DNA of 64,000 nt from Octopus sinensis (lineage: Eukaryota), in contig NC_042998.1 of the NCBI RefSeq assembly GCF_006345805.1, positions 99,634,001 to 99,698,000 of the forward strand. The letters are read 5' to 3'. The notes beneath the pieces were generated by a model, which saw nothing but the letters and a program-made list of their open reading frames with translations, searched no databases and was not told where the DNA came from. The stretch's first letter is position 1. The number at the start of each line of letters is the position of its first letter. A program made the translations under genes and the position numbers. Of this stretch, positions 53,697 through 64,000 are shown piece by piece.

Positions 53697-53830
53697 GATT
53701 AAGAGGGGAAAAATAGAGAGAGAAGGAAAAAAAACGGAGAGAGAAAGAGTTCAACGGTTCAGCATGGTGAGATGACTGGAAAAAAGAGGTTGAATGAAAG
53801 GGAGATAATAATAATAATAACAACAACAAC

Positions 53831-54200
53831 AACAAGAGCACTCAGAGAGCGCAAACCTCCACCAAGGCAACTCCAACGTCCTCTCAACGATTAGCCAGAG
53901 ATTATTTTTAAAACGAGAATATCTAAAATGAACTCGCCTGCTCTCACAAATGAAAATACTAAAAATGAACCCAACCGCTCTCAAAAATTAAGTATAAAAA
54001 AAAACAGGAAAAATAATCCAGAATCCTTGTCTGGTACTCGATCGATCACAAAATCTAATCAGTTCGTGCCAGCCACGAGACCAAACATCTCTGGAAGTTT
54101 CATCCGAATCCATCCAGCGGTTCTTGAGATATCTTGACCATAGACAAACAAAGAAACAAACATGACTGAAAACAATACATCTGCCTTCGTGTGGAGGTAA
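53831..54200. mobile_element. Helentron/HINE-like non-autonomous element
   Basis: Subterminal inverted repeats acctccaccaagg (53855-53867) and ccttcgtgtggaggt (54184-54198); internal (CAAA)n; A-rich flanks. Classification from recalled DINE-1/HINE architecture. Confidence 0.6.
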
Positions 54201-54229
54201 TAATAATGATAGAGACCCCAACGAACTAA

Positions 54230-54960
54230 AGTGCGCAAGCGCGTATGTGTATGTGAGAATGTTGTGTGTGAGTATGTATGTGGGAATGGGGTAAGTGTGG
54301 GCGAGTGTGTGCGTGTGCGTGCGTGTGCGTGCGTGTGCGTTTGGACGTGTGTATATGTGTATGTGTATGTACGCGTGTATATGTGTGAGGCGAACGTGTG
54401 TGTGCGTTGTGTGTAGCAGTTTATGTGTGCTTGTTCAGGTGGTGTGTGCACGTGTGTTTGCGTGTGTCTGTGACCAAATAGTGTGCATGTGTATTGTGTA
54501 TGTTTGTGGGCGAAAGTTATGTGTCTATCTGTGCAGCGTGTTTCGTGTGTTGCGTGTGTTTCGTGTATGCATGTTTCGTGTTTGTGTATACATTGTCTGT
54601 ATTCAGGTATTATGTGCTTGTAGGAGTGTACATGATGGTGTGTGTACTGAGTTAAACAGCGTGTGGAGCTGCTCGTATCGTGGTATATGTGGTGACTCTA
54701 TTGAAGATTGTGTGTGGATGTGTGGTTAAGGGTGTGTGTATGTATGGATAATGGTGTGTGGTGTGGGTGCTGAGAAGTGTTCAGTGCTAGTGTGTGTGGA
54801 GTGGGAAGATGTGTGTGTGTGTGTGTGTGTATAATGTTGTGTGAAGTGAGTAATGGGTTGAACAGTGTGTATGGGTGTTTGTATAGTGGTGTATGTGTGG
54901 TGAGGGTACCGAAGTAGGTAGTATGCAGCTGTGTAGATGGAGGAGGAAGTTGAATGTGGG
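54230..54960. repeat. Degenerate (GT)-rich low-complexity tract, ~730 bp
   Basis: Direct reading. Confidence 0.9.
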
Positions 54961-54964
54961 AGGT

Positions 54965-55658
54965 GTGTGGAAAGCCTTTGAACAAACTCAAGCATTCCCT
55001 GTAACCGAAGATGCTTTGGTTTTTCTAAGACGAGAAAGATTTCTGTCAGGATCAGGTGGTGAACACACAGAACAACCATTGGTTTGCCGTGTCCCCAAAA
55101 TATGTACCGAGTAGTATGCATCTATTCTTGCAACACGACCTGAGACTCAACCCGGAGATGTACATGTGCCTGGAGCAGGTAGTGCTGCTCTGGGTCAAGA
55201 GGGTGGCTGCTGGAAGAACTTATGTCTGGCAACAGGACTCTGCACCATGTCACACAAGCAGAATCCAGTCATGACTGTCAGACAATTTCTGTGACCACAT
55301 CACCCCTAACATCTGGCCACCTAACTCCCCAGACTGCAACCCCTTTGAGTATTATGCGTGGGGCGCAGTTGGGCGAGAGACCAAGAAAACACCTTGTAAC
55401 ACCAAAAATGAACCGAAGGCAAGGATTATGGCAGCATTCACCAATTTTAACTAGGAAACCGTCCTGAAGAGTTGCAGGAGATTCCGAAGTCATCTGGAGG
55501 CCGTGGTTGAAGCCAATTGCGATTTTATTAAATAAATTTACTCTTTAGTATTTCAAAATATTTTAATTTAATTTTGGTAAATATATCTGTTAAAATGAGA
55601 TGTCAGTATTATTTTCATTTCTGCGTTAGTTAGACGACAATTTATTCATCGCACCCTG
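54965..55658 (+). mobile_element. Tc1/mariner (maT/DD37D-like) 3' half with right TIR
   Basis: DEKDFCQDQVVNTQNN, YVWQQDSAPCHTS, IWPPNSPDCNPLSI and LEAVVEAN across frames; ends in gcaccctg|ta. Subfamily label is inference. Confidence 0.85.
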
Positions 55659-55879
55659 TATATATATTTATATATATAAAGGACTTATGCAAATGTTCAT
55701 GTAGCCTCTCACTCACTCACACATTCACTCACTCACTCACTCACTCACGCACGCACGCACGCACGCACGCACGCACCACACACACACATACGTAAGCACA
55801 GGCATCAACATACTAATAGCTGGCCATATGCTAAAAATTTGAAATACATCCCCCTCCTCCTCCTTTATTGCAGGTCCTT

Positions 55880-56330
55880 TACCGAAGTCAGCTTTGCCTG
55901 TCAACATCTCGGGATCTATAAAGGAAAGTGCCAGATAAGAACTAGAGTAGTTACAGCGTCGGATAGAATGCCTTACGATATTTGTTCTAACCATCGCTGT
56001 TCTGTGTTTAAATCACACTGAAGTCAACTTTGCTTTTTATTTTTCTGGGATAACAAAATAAAGTACGAAACAAGTACTCGAGTAGTTAGAGTCTCTGATA
56101 GAATAGCTCACGGTATTTGTTCTAACTATCGCAGTTCTCTGTGTTCAAATCTCGCTGAGGCCAACTTTGTCTTTCATCTCTTCGGAGTCGAAGTAAAAGT
56201 ACTAATCCAAGGCGATGGATTGACAAAGATGTAAGAACTTAGGGCAAGATGCTTCGCGGTATTTATGCGAGTACTTGTTATTCTGAATTCAAATCCTGCT
56301 GGAGGTAGACGTAACGTTTTTGCCCAGTTT
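55880..56330 (+). repeat. Three to four degenerate head-to-tail SINE-A-like units
   Basis: Repeated gatagaatg...ggtatttgttctaac...gttcaaatc...gtcaactttgc segments at roughly 120-150-bp spacing. Confidence 0.6.
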
Positions 56331-56389
56331 GCATCGCAACCTGCACCTTATATCTCAAAAATAAAGAGGCATTGTTCTTCGTAACTTAC

Positions 56390-56582
56390 TTTTCCCATGC
56401 CCCCCGCCCACTTTTTCGCAGGAGTCGGCCAATATCCGGTAACTCCTTTGGGCTAGTGATGCTGGCAAAACCGTTGTTATTACTATTGACATGACAAACA
56501 AAAGCGTTAAAAGTTTGTTAAAGTCTGGATGTTTGTTATGCCTGTTCCATGTGGTTAATCTTTTTTCCCACAGTTTACCCAT
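56390..56582 (-). CDS. Candidate first coding exon with signal-peptide-like segment
   Basis: AAA ATG G start context; MGKLWEKRLTTWNRHNKHPDFNK-LLTLLFVMSIVITTVLPASLA-QRSYRILADSCEKVGGGHGK; canonical A|GTAAGT donor at 56389; unique sequence. No family recognised. Confidence 0.33.
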
Positions 56583-56940
56583 TTTAAATATAATGTGGAT
56601 CTTCTTTTTTTCGCAAGTTCTTTTTTTTCTTTGGGACATGTATTCTGCTATTAATATTGCTGCTTGCAAGTTTCACCGCTATCCATAACAAAGAAGTTAT
56701 ATTGTTTTGTAAGTGAATGAAAATATGCAAAATAAAAAGTATATAGAAATTTAGGAAAGAAGTTCTTTATTTTCCACTTCAAGTTTCGAAAACTACAAAT
56801 TAAAAGATAAAGTCACCAGAAGTAGAACGTGGTAATATTCCAATTCTTTCAGGAGACTTGTTAGATTCGTCCGCTCATAGCAATCTACCGCCAGCACCAG
56901 TACCAGCACCAGCACCACCAGCACCACCACTACCACCACC

Positions 56941-56974
<34 letters not shown>

Positions 56975-57799
56975 TCATCATCATTACAACATCAACAAAA
57001 ACAAGAACAACAATAACAACGACAGCGTCAATTAGAAAAAAGAACTTTAAATAAAGCCAAGAAGAAAATTAGTATAAATAAGAAAATTCTAAGGAAAATG
57101 TGAAAACAATACAACCCACATTTTTCAAATCCACATGGGAAATATTAGGCTACGGGCGTGATCAGTTTGTGGCGATTTAAAATTTCAAATGAAATAATGT
57201 AAATAAGTAAAAATAAAAAATAAATATTCAGAACATTTTTAAAAGATTGTCAACAACTTCTATTTCATTGAATGTTTATTCTCTGGGGATTTAAAGAAAA
57301 TTTTATAATTTGAAACTTTTATATTCCATCTCTACTTCCTTTTTTGCTGTCTCAGAATAGCTCAAGCTTTGAATACATTTGCCTCAAGGGAAATGTTTCT
57401 ATCTTGTTGATTTAAAAGAATTCGCCTGGTTGTGGTCGCTCGACCTGCAAACATTAGTTGCCAAATCTTTCTTCACACCCTACTGTCTAAAAAAAAGTAA
57501 CATGTTGGTTAATGCATATATTCTTTTATTTTTACAGTTTAGCCAGGGAAGGAAGAATAACGCCCGTGACCCTAATTTTTACAGGGCATCGGAAACTGGT
57601 TGCGCTGGGGGAAGGTGGAAGGTACCTTCAAACCAGGGACTTGGCTTAAATACTTACAACAGACTGAACTCCACTATAGACACTCATGAGTGAGACGGCA
57701 GTGTTACATCGGACAACAGATTAAGCATTCACGCACATAGGCGCGCGCGCCGTATGTATGTGTGTGAGTGTACATCTAAATATATGTACGTGCGTGTGT

Positions 57800-58000
57800 A
57801 TCTGTTTGTCCTCCTCCATCGCTTGACAACCGATGTTGGTGTATTTACATCCTCGTAACTTAGCGGTTCGGCAAGAGAAACCGATAGAATAAGTATCAGG
57901 CTGAAAAAGAAAATAAGTAGTGGGGTTGAGTCGTTCGACTAAAATTCCTCGAAGTGGTGCCCCAGTATGGCCACAGTCTGACTGAAGCAAGTAAAATAGA
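57800..58000 (+). mobile_element. SINE-C 3' fragment
   Basis: catcgcttgacaaccgatgttggtgtatttac...gtaacttagcggttcggcaagagaaaccgatagaataagt matches 14360-14520. Confidence 0.85.
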
Positions 58001-58074
58001 AAAAAAGGCCAAATTAAATTAAAATATATGCACACACACATATACATACATACATACATACATACATACATACA

Positions 58075-58106
<32 letters not shown>

Positions 58107-58137
58107 CATACATACATACATACATATATACATATAT

Positions 58138-58215
<78 letters not shown>

Positions 58216-58593
58216 CATACACACACACACACACACACGCATACAATCTTAGAAAATAAACAAGAAACGAGAAAATGTAATATTTTACTCCTATATGTTT
58301 TTAGTTCAAATTCTGTTTGCAGAATCGTTGACTTGTTCCAGATTCTACAATTCCAGATTCGTATTGTAATTCAGCCACTGAACTATAATATAACTACATC
58401 GATACATATTTGGACAATAACTCTAATATATCGACATCAATGCATATTTAAGCCCAGCCAGACAAATTCTTTCTGCAGTTCTTCGTTTTCTGTTCCAATA
58501 CAGGTAGACTTTGTCTTCCTGGATTCGATAAAATACCTATCTTTAATAAGTTGAGTCTATTTAACAGAAACATCGCTGTGAATCTTCCGTGGA

Positions 58594-58790
58594 GAAGAAG
58601 ACGAAGAAGAAGAAGAAGAAGAAGAAGAAGAAGAAGAAGAAGAAGAAGAAGAAGAAGAAGAAGAAGAAGAAGAAGAAGAAGAAGAAAAAGAAGAAGAAGA
58701 AGAAGAAGAAGAAGAAGAAGAAGAAGAAGAAGAAGAAGAAGAAGAGAAGAAGAAGAAGAAGAAGAAGAAGAAGAAAGAGAAGAAGACGAA
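58594..58790. repeat. (GAA)n microsatellite
   Basis: Direct reading; source of the poly-R/K/E/S ORFs. Confidence 0.98.
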
Positions 58791-59009
58791 CTTAACGTGG
58801 TGTGAAAATGAATACGTATTTATGAACGTACGTACATTCATGCCTACAAACAAGAATAAATGTATTTGTAGCTTACAAAGTAGTAAAGAAAAAATTCCAA
58901 TTACATGAGAAAAATGTTCTTAGAGTTCACCAATATATATGCGTATGGGTGGGTGTGTCTGTACATTATACACATCTGAATATATATTATATACATATAC
59001 TATATATAT

Positions 59010-59364
59010 ATGTTATATATGCCACGCTGAATCTCCCTGAGAACTACGTTAAGGGTACACGTGTCTGTGGAGTGCTCAGCCACTTCCATATTGATTTCAC
59101 GAGCAGGCTGTTCCGTTGACAAGATCAACTGGAACGCTCGTCGTCGTAACCGATGGAGTGCCGTAGTAATATATAATAGCACGCTGGGCAAAATGCTTAG
59201 CGGTATTTCGTCTGCCGCTACGTTCTAAGTTCAAATTCCGCTGAGATTGACTTTGCCTTTCATCCTTTCGGGGTCGATTAAATAAGTACCAGTTACGCAT
59301 GGGGTCGATGCAATCAATTAATCCCTTTGTCTCTCTGTGTTATCCTACTGTGGGCAATAAAGAA

Positions 59365-59365
<1 letters not shown>
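59010..59365 (+). mobile_element. SINE-B tail (59010-59165) followed by SINE-A (59182-59365)
   Basis: Match to 48890-49036 and to the SINE-A core gattgactttgcctttcatcctttcggggtcg. Confidence 0.85.
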
Positions 59366-59434
<69 letters not shown>

Positions 59435-59473
59435 GTGTGTGTGTGTGGTGTGTGTGTGTGTGTGTGTGTGTGT

Positions 59474-59937
59474 GGAGGCGCAGTGGCCCAGTGGTTCGGG
59501 TAGCGGACTCGCGGTCGTATAATCGCGGTTTCGATTCCCAGATCAGGCGTTGTGAGTGTTTATTGAGTGAAAACACCTGAAGCTCCACGAGGCTCCAGAA
59601 GGAGGTGATGGAGAACCCTGCCGTGCTCCTTCACCACAACTCTCTTTCACTCTTTCTTCCTGTTTTTCTTGTACCTGTATTTCAAAGGGCCAGCCTTGTC
59701 ACACTCTGTGTCACGCTGAATCTCCCCGAGAACTTCATTAACAGTACACGTGTCCGTGGAGTGCTCAGCGACTTGCACGTTAATTTCACAAGCAGGCTGT
59801 TCCGTCGATCGGAACAGCGAGTCCGTTACTCGAACCACTGGGCCACTGCGCCTCCACACACACACACACACATATATCTTTATTGCCCACAGGGGGCTAA
59901 ACACAGAGGGGACAAAGGGATTACTCGTGTGACGTAG

Positions 59938-59940
<3 letters not shown>
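59474..59940 (+). mobile_element. SINE-B copy carrying an inverted templated insertion (59817-59922)
   Basis: Head ggaggcgcagtggcccagtggttcgggtagcggactcgc (59474-59512) reappears reverse-complemented from 59817, followed by (CA)n and the inverted SINE-A tail. Confidence 0.88.
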
Positions 59941-59974
<34 letters not shown>

Positions 59975-59976
<2 letters not shown>

Positions 59977-60460
59977 TTGGGAGAACAGCTTCTCATAATG
60001 CCCCTCTCAGATATGCCCTCAGCTGTCCGGATAGCAACCCTTGCTAGCTACATAGACGACACGAAGGTCTCGCAGAAAATACAGAATCCAGCAAAGTTGC
60101 ACACCTGCAGCAGGAGTTGGACTCAATTTACAGATGAGCTGAGGATAATAATATACAGCATAATGCTGAAAATTTTAAGGCCTGCGCTACCACCGTCCAA
60201 AACTGAAAATAAACTTACAGGGTACACTGTTCCACAAGGGATTACAATCCCAGAGTCTGAATCAGTGAAGGCACATTACTAGAATGGCGACAAAATGCAG
60301 ACGACTGGCTGGCTGGATCCTGAGAACGTTCAAAATCAGAGGAAAGTAAACCATGATCATCCTCCCGCCTGGATTACTGCCCCCAGTATAAAATTAATAG
60401 CGGACCTTGAAGCAATCCAGCAACGCTTCACAAAGAAGATCGTCTCGTTGCAACAGCTTC
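59975..60460 (+). mobile_element. CR1-type LINE RT fragment
   Basis: SDMPSAVRIATLASYIDDTKV (YADD-type motif), AGWILRTFK, DLEAIQQRFTKKI across frames. Confidence 0.72.
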
Positions 60461-60670
60461 TACATATATAATTTAATTTTGGGGGATTAATCAATATGCG
60501 GGTGTTCTATTTCAGATAATACAAAAAATAACCTAATGAGTATATCTGAAAGTAAACTCATGGTATCAGAAATAATACTTAAAGGACATAACCAAAATTA
60601 CCAGCAGGGTATATATTATACTTCATTAATTATCTCCTACTTTAGTTAATACTTAAATTTATTAAATATG

Positions 60671-60732
60671 AAGGCACTACACGTGTTTCAGTATTGGAAG
60701 ATTACAATATATATACATATACACAACTGTAT

Positions 60733-60763
<31 letters not shown>

Positions 60764-60828
60764 CATATATAAATACATATATGCAATCGTCAGATTTACA
60801 GCTATTCCAACACATCTTCAGGTTCTTT
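60671..60828 (-). ncRNA. Type I hammerhead-like motif with a long stem II enclosing a (TA)n/(TG)n microsatellite
   Basis: Minus strand gaac-CTGAAGA-t-GTGTTGGAA...TTCCAATAC-t-GAA-ACACGTGT-A-gtgc: full CUGANGA/GAAA core, 9-bp stem II, 8-nt palindromic stem III, GUA site; stem I imperfect. Confidence 0.62.
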
Positions 60829-61233
60829 TTCAAAATATTATATATCTAATTTTACATCCCTTTAAAAAATAAGTAATACAATTAAGCATTAAAGATTAAG
60901 ATTTAAAATAAAAATTATATTTAGTAATATTAAGAATTAAAATTTATAAATCATACATTATAAATATGAATTAGTATATATATCAATCATGTAAAATCAA
61001 GTATATGTCAAATACAGAAAGTGAGATATAAGATTATACATCAAAATAAAAATGTCTGTGTTTAAATGTGATATATAACAAGAAAAATTCAAATACATAT
61101 CTTCCTTTTTTGCTAGTACTAAAATGGTGATTAGAGGAAGAAGATAGCAGGGAACTATGGGTATTTATAGGTGATCAATACCAAGGGGGTAATTAAACTA
61201 TACATAGTTTTAATTATGTATAGTGTGTGTGTT

Positions 61234-61265
<32 letters not shown>

Positions 61266-62299
61266 AGTGTGTGTGTTTGTGTGTTTGTGTGTGTGCTTCC
61301 TCATTATTCTTTAATCGGCAGTAAGTTACAAAAGTGACTCAAAGGCTGAGGGCTTCGTTAATTGTACTTCTCATGAACTGAGTTCTCAGTTATGAGGCTC
61401 CAAGTTCGATTATAACTGTTTCAGTGGGTTTATGTAGTCACAGAGTAATTCAATGAATGTCATTCCGTTGACCGAACAGATGTAACACACATCGTCGAAA
61501 CCGACGAATATCCTTTTACATAGTCTGTGCACATGCACACACATACAGACACACACACAAACATACATTTTCCACATTTATTATATCTTAATATATATAT
61601 ACACGCGCGCGCATATATACAAATATATGTATACACGTACATACATACATACAAACATACATACATGCATACATACATACATACATACATACACGAGAAC
61701 ATATGTGTGTATAAATATATATATATATAAATATATATATGCATATATATGTACGTGCATAAAAGCTCCATATATATTATATTCAGTAGTGTATTATCTG
61801 TGTGTGTCTGTGTGTGCATACTTGCGGCAATATTTGTGTGCTAGTTCCCATACGTTTTCTGGAGTGAACATGTGTGAAGATATCTTAATTGGCGCGTCGC
61901 TTCTTGAGAAACAATAAAGAATGTCAGATGAAGGAAAGAGAACGTTCTTCATCAAGGGATTCTGGCATTTTAACAAGAAATTGACTACCCTTAAAAAAAA
62001 ACAAAAAAACAAAAACAATGCAAAGCAGTACACTTGCTCTATATTTCTGGTATAAGAGTTGGATGTTGATTCGTTGTGCCTTCTGCTTAATTAAAAGAGT
62101 AGCACTTGGGTTAACTCCAATGTGATGGTTATTAAACTTCACGAACCACTCCTTAACCGTTATTGAGGTGGGCAATTTATTGTAGGTTAGAAGTTTAAAT
62201 GATAAGGCCGGAGAAAATAATAGGATTACTAGAAAATAGGAAAGTTATGGATCTAGGCCCCCTTGTAATTTTATTTTTTTAAACAAAGAGGAAGACTGA

Positions 62300-62580
62300 T
62301 AAGGAGAAGTGTTATGAATACCAAGTCCTTAACTAAACTATTTTCAGCTTGAACGTCTGTAGATTGATAACAATATGGAAGATATGAGTAAAGAGGAACT
62401 TCAAGAGAGTTTTAATTATGGAATGTGAGGGTTGAGCATGTTAAAAGAGGTGGGCTTTGCAGTGGTGGTATGCAGCTTATAAGTTCAGAGAGACAGAAAG
62501 CATAGAAATGCAAACCGATATAAATGAGGAGAGTTGAAAAAAATGTTTTTGAGCCAGTGATTGTAGCGTATTTGGGAAGT
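62300..62580 (-). mobile_element. Possible CR1-like LINE 3' fragment
   Basis: Minus-strand trace SELISCIPPL resembles the SELASCIPPL segment of CR1-type ORF2 ends; decayed. Confidence 0.4.
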
Positions 62581-63559
62581 GAATTTTTTCAATCAACCAG
62601 ACAATCATCTGTGGATGCGGTCTAGAATGCATCTGCACCATACCAGTTATTCAACTAATACTGTAAAATCACTTCTGATATTTGTAGTATTTTATACCCG
62701 GAGCATTGATAATGTTTTCGATGCATACTCAACAAGAAAGATTATAAAAATTTTATGGGGTTTATCATTCACAGCGACTTCAATAGATTTCTTTTGCCTG
62801 TAGCAGTTGAACTAAAACGCATCCTTTTCATTTCCACCAAACCAGTACGGAACTATTAGAAGTCAATGAATAAATTTTGCAACATGGTTAATGCCATGTC
62901 TCGCACACACAACATTCTTAAACTCAGTCAAATCTATAACTCTCAAACCTTTCAAAGAAGCCATCAAACATTCTGCAGCAATAATTTATCATTGAATAAA
63001 ATATCGCTAATAGCTTAAGGCTTCTAAGACCAAATTACTTGTAAAACCGTATAAAACCTTATAAAAACCACTTTTCACGTACGCTTTACTCATATGCCAG
63101 TACCCACCCCTGTTACATAGGTTATAAAAAGCAATAAAATTTGAACCAAAACTCGACTGGTCAGTACAGTTGCAGTCGATATTCGAAGTAGCCAGCATAC
63201 GTCTCAGTCGTCATCATTCAGCCCGTCAATTGAGAAGTTGAAAAAATCCAGAAACATCAAAGTAATATCAAACAACAGAGAGAAACAGGTTCCAACAAGT
63301 CCAAGACATAGAATCTGACCTAACGAAACATTAGAATACCTTTAAAGCTGTGTCACAGACTACAGATGAAATAATAAGAGGATCAGATAAAGAACAACCG
63401 AGCCAAGAAACAACATGGGGCCTTGTAAATAGAAGAAAAAATAACTTTGAGTATAAGAGCTGGTGTAAATAGAAATGGGAAAGTATGACAAAGAATACTA
63501 AGATCTGGACTGACAGGTAAAACGGATGTCATGCCAAAACTGGCTATTAAACAGACAAC

Positions 63560-64000
63560 AAGACAGTCGAGCAAACTGTCTCATAGGTTATCAGACCTTC
63601 GCCGTATACAAAAAATTTGTAGTTTTCAGAAATACTAGTTCTCCAAACATTGCCTTTAACTCCTCAACCTCATCTTTCATCCCACATACAATTAGCATGT
63701 GAAGAAATTTGGGGCCATTCCATCTAGCAAAAATTCGGTAAAAATTCGTCAAAAGCAATATTATTATTCATGACATTAGCAAAACCTTCGACTTTATGAA
63801 CCCGCTTGTTAAGACACTCGCTTTTGCATGCCTACAGTCTCCACATTCGTCTTATCTTTTAAAGACACTCCTCCTCCTCCAATCATATGCACAGCCTTAT
63901 CCACAGATGTCAGCTCATTCCAATTCGCCTACCATTCTCTAGACACAGCTGCACCGCCCTACATTAGTCACATAGAAACCTTGTTAAAATCGACGGTCAT
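63560..64000 (+). mobile_element. Decayed LINE RT fragment running off the window end
   Basis: SFQKY (QYGFR-like), HDISKTFD (LDISKAFD-like), SHRNLVKIDGH. Confidence 0.6.

Noticed and set aside
57379-57693. 104-aa plus-strand ORF with an internal acceptor
   Set aside because: No recognisable domain, starts at a non-ATG codon, and lies antisense to the better minus-strand candidate.
61369-61395. Short hairpin ctcatgaactgagttctcagttatgag
   Set aside because: Isolated 12-bp stem with no supporting context; expected by chance in 64 kb.

Overview
This is a repeat-saturated, AT-rich animal genomic window with very high microsatellite density. The SINE families look like those of Octopus (coleoid cephalopod), but that is recognition from memory, not a database result. 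No intact host gene is firmly supported; one weak minus-strand exon candidate has a signal-peptide-like segment. Main contents: (1) a near full-length but frameshifted Tx1-type L1-clade LINE (about 40917-47080; ORF1 with a CCHC knuckle, ORF2 with APE-RT-zinc finger) between two (TATC)n arrays, plus two older fragments of the same lineage. (2) An 8.6-kb hub (22180-30870) where four R4/Dong-type restriction-like-endonuclease LINE copies and two copies of a non-coding 3'-anchored repeat all lie on the minus strand with 3' ends against (TAA)n tracts. (3) Tc1/mariner and hAT relics, RTE- and CR1-type LINE fragments, three abundant tRNA-like SINE families (working labels A, B, C) and a Helentron/HINE-like element. 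(4) Three hammerhead-ribozyme-like motifs with palindromic stem III, of the kind associated with Penelope-like elements; one carries a microsatellite inside stem II and one has an A6-to-U core change. (5) Local rearrangements: two microsatellite-bounded tandem duplications, a 300-bp-arm foldback, and a templated inverted insertion inside a SINE. Most small ORFs in the track are microsatellite translations or antisense shadows. Many boundaries were read by eye and are approximate.
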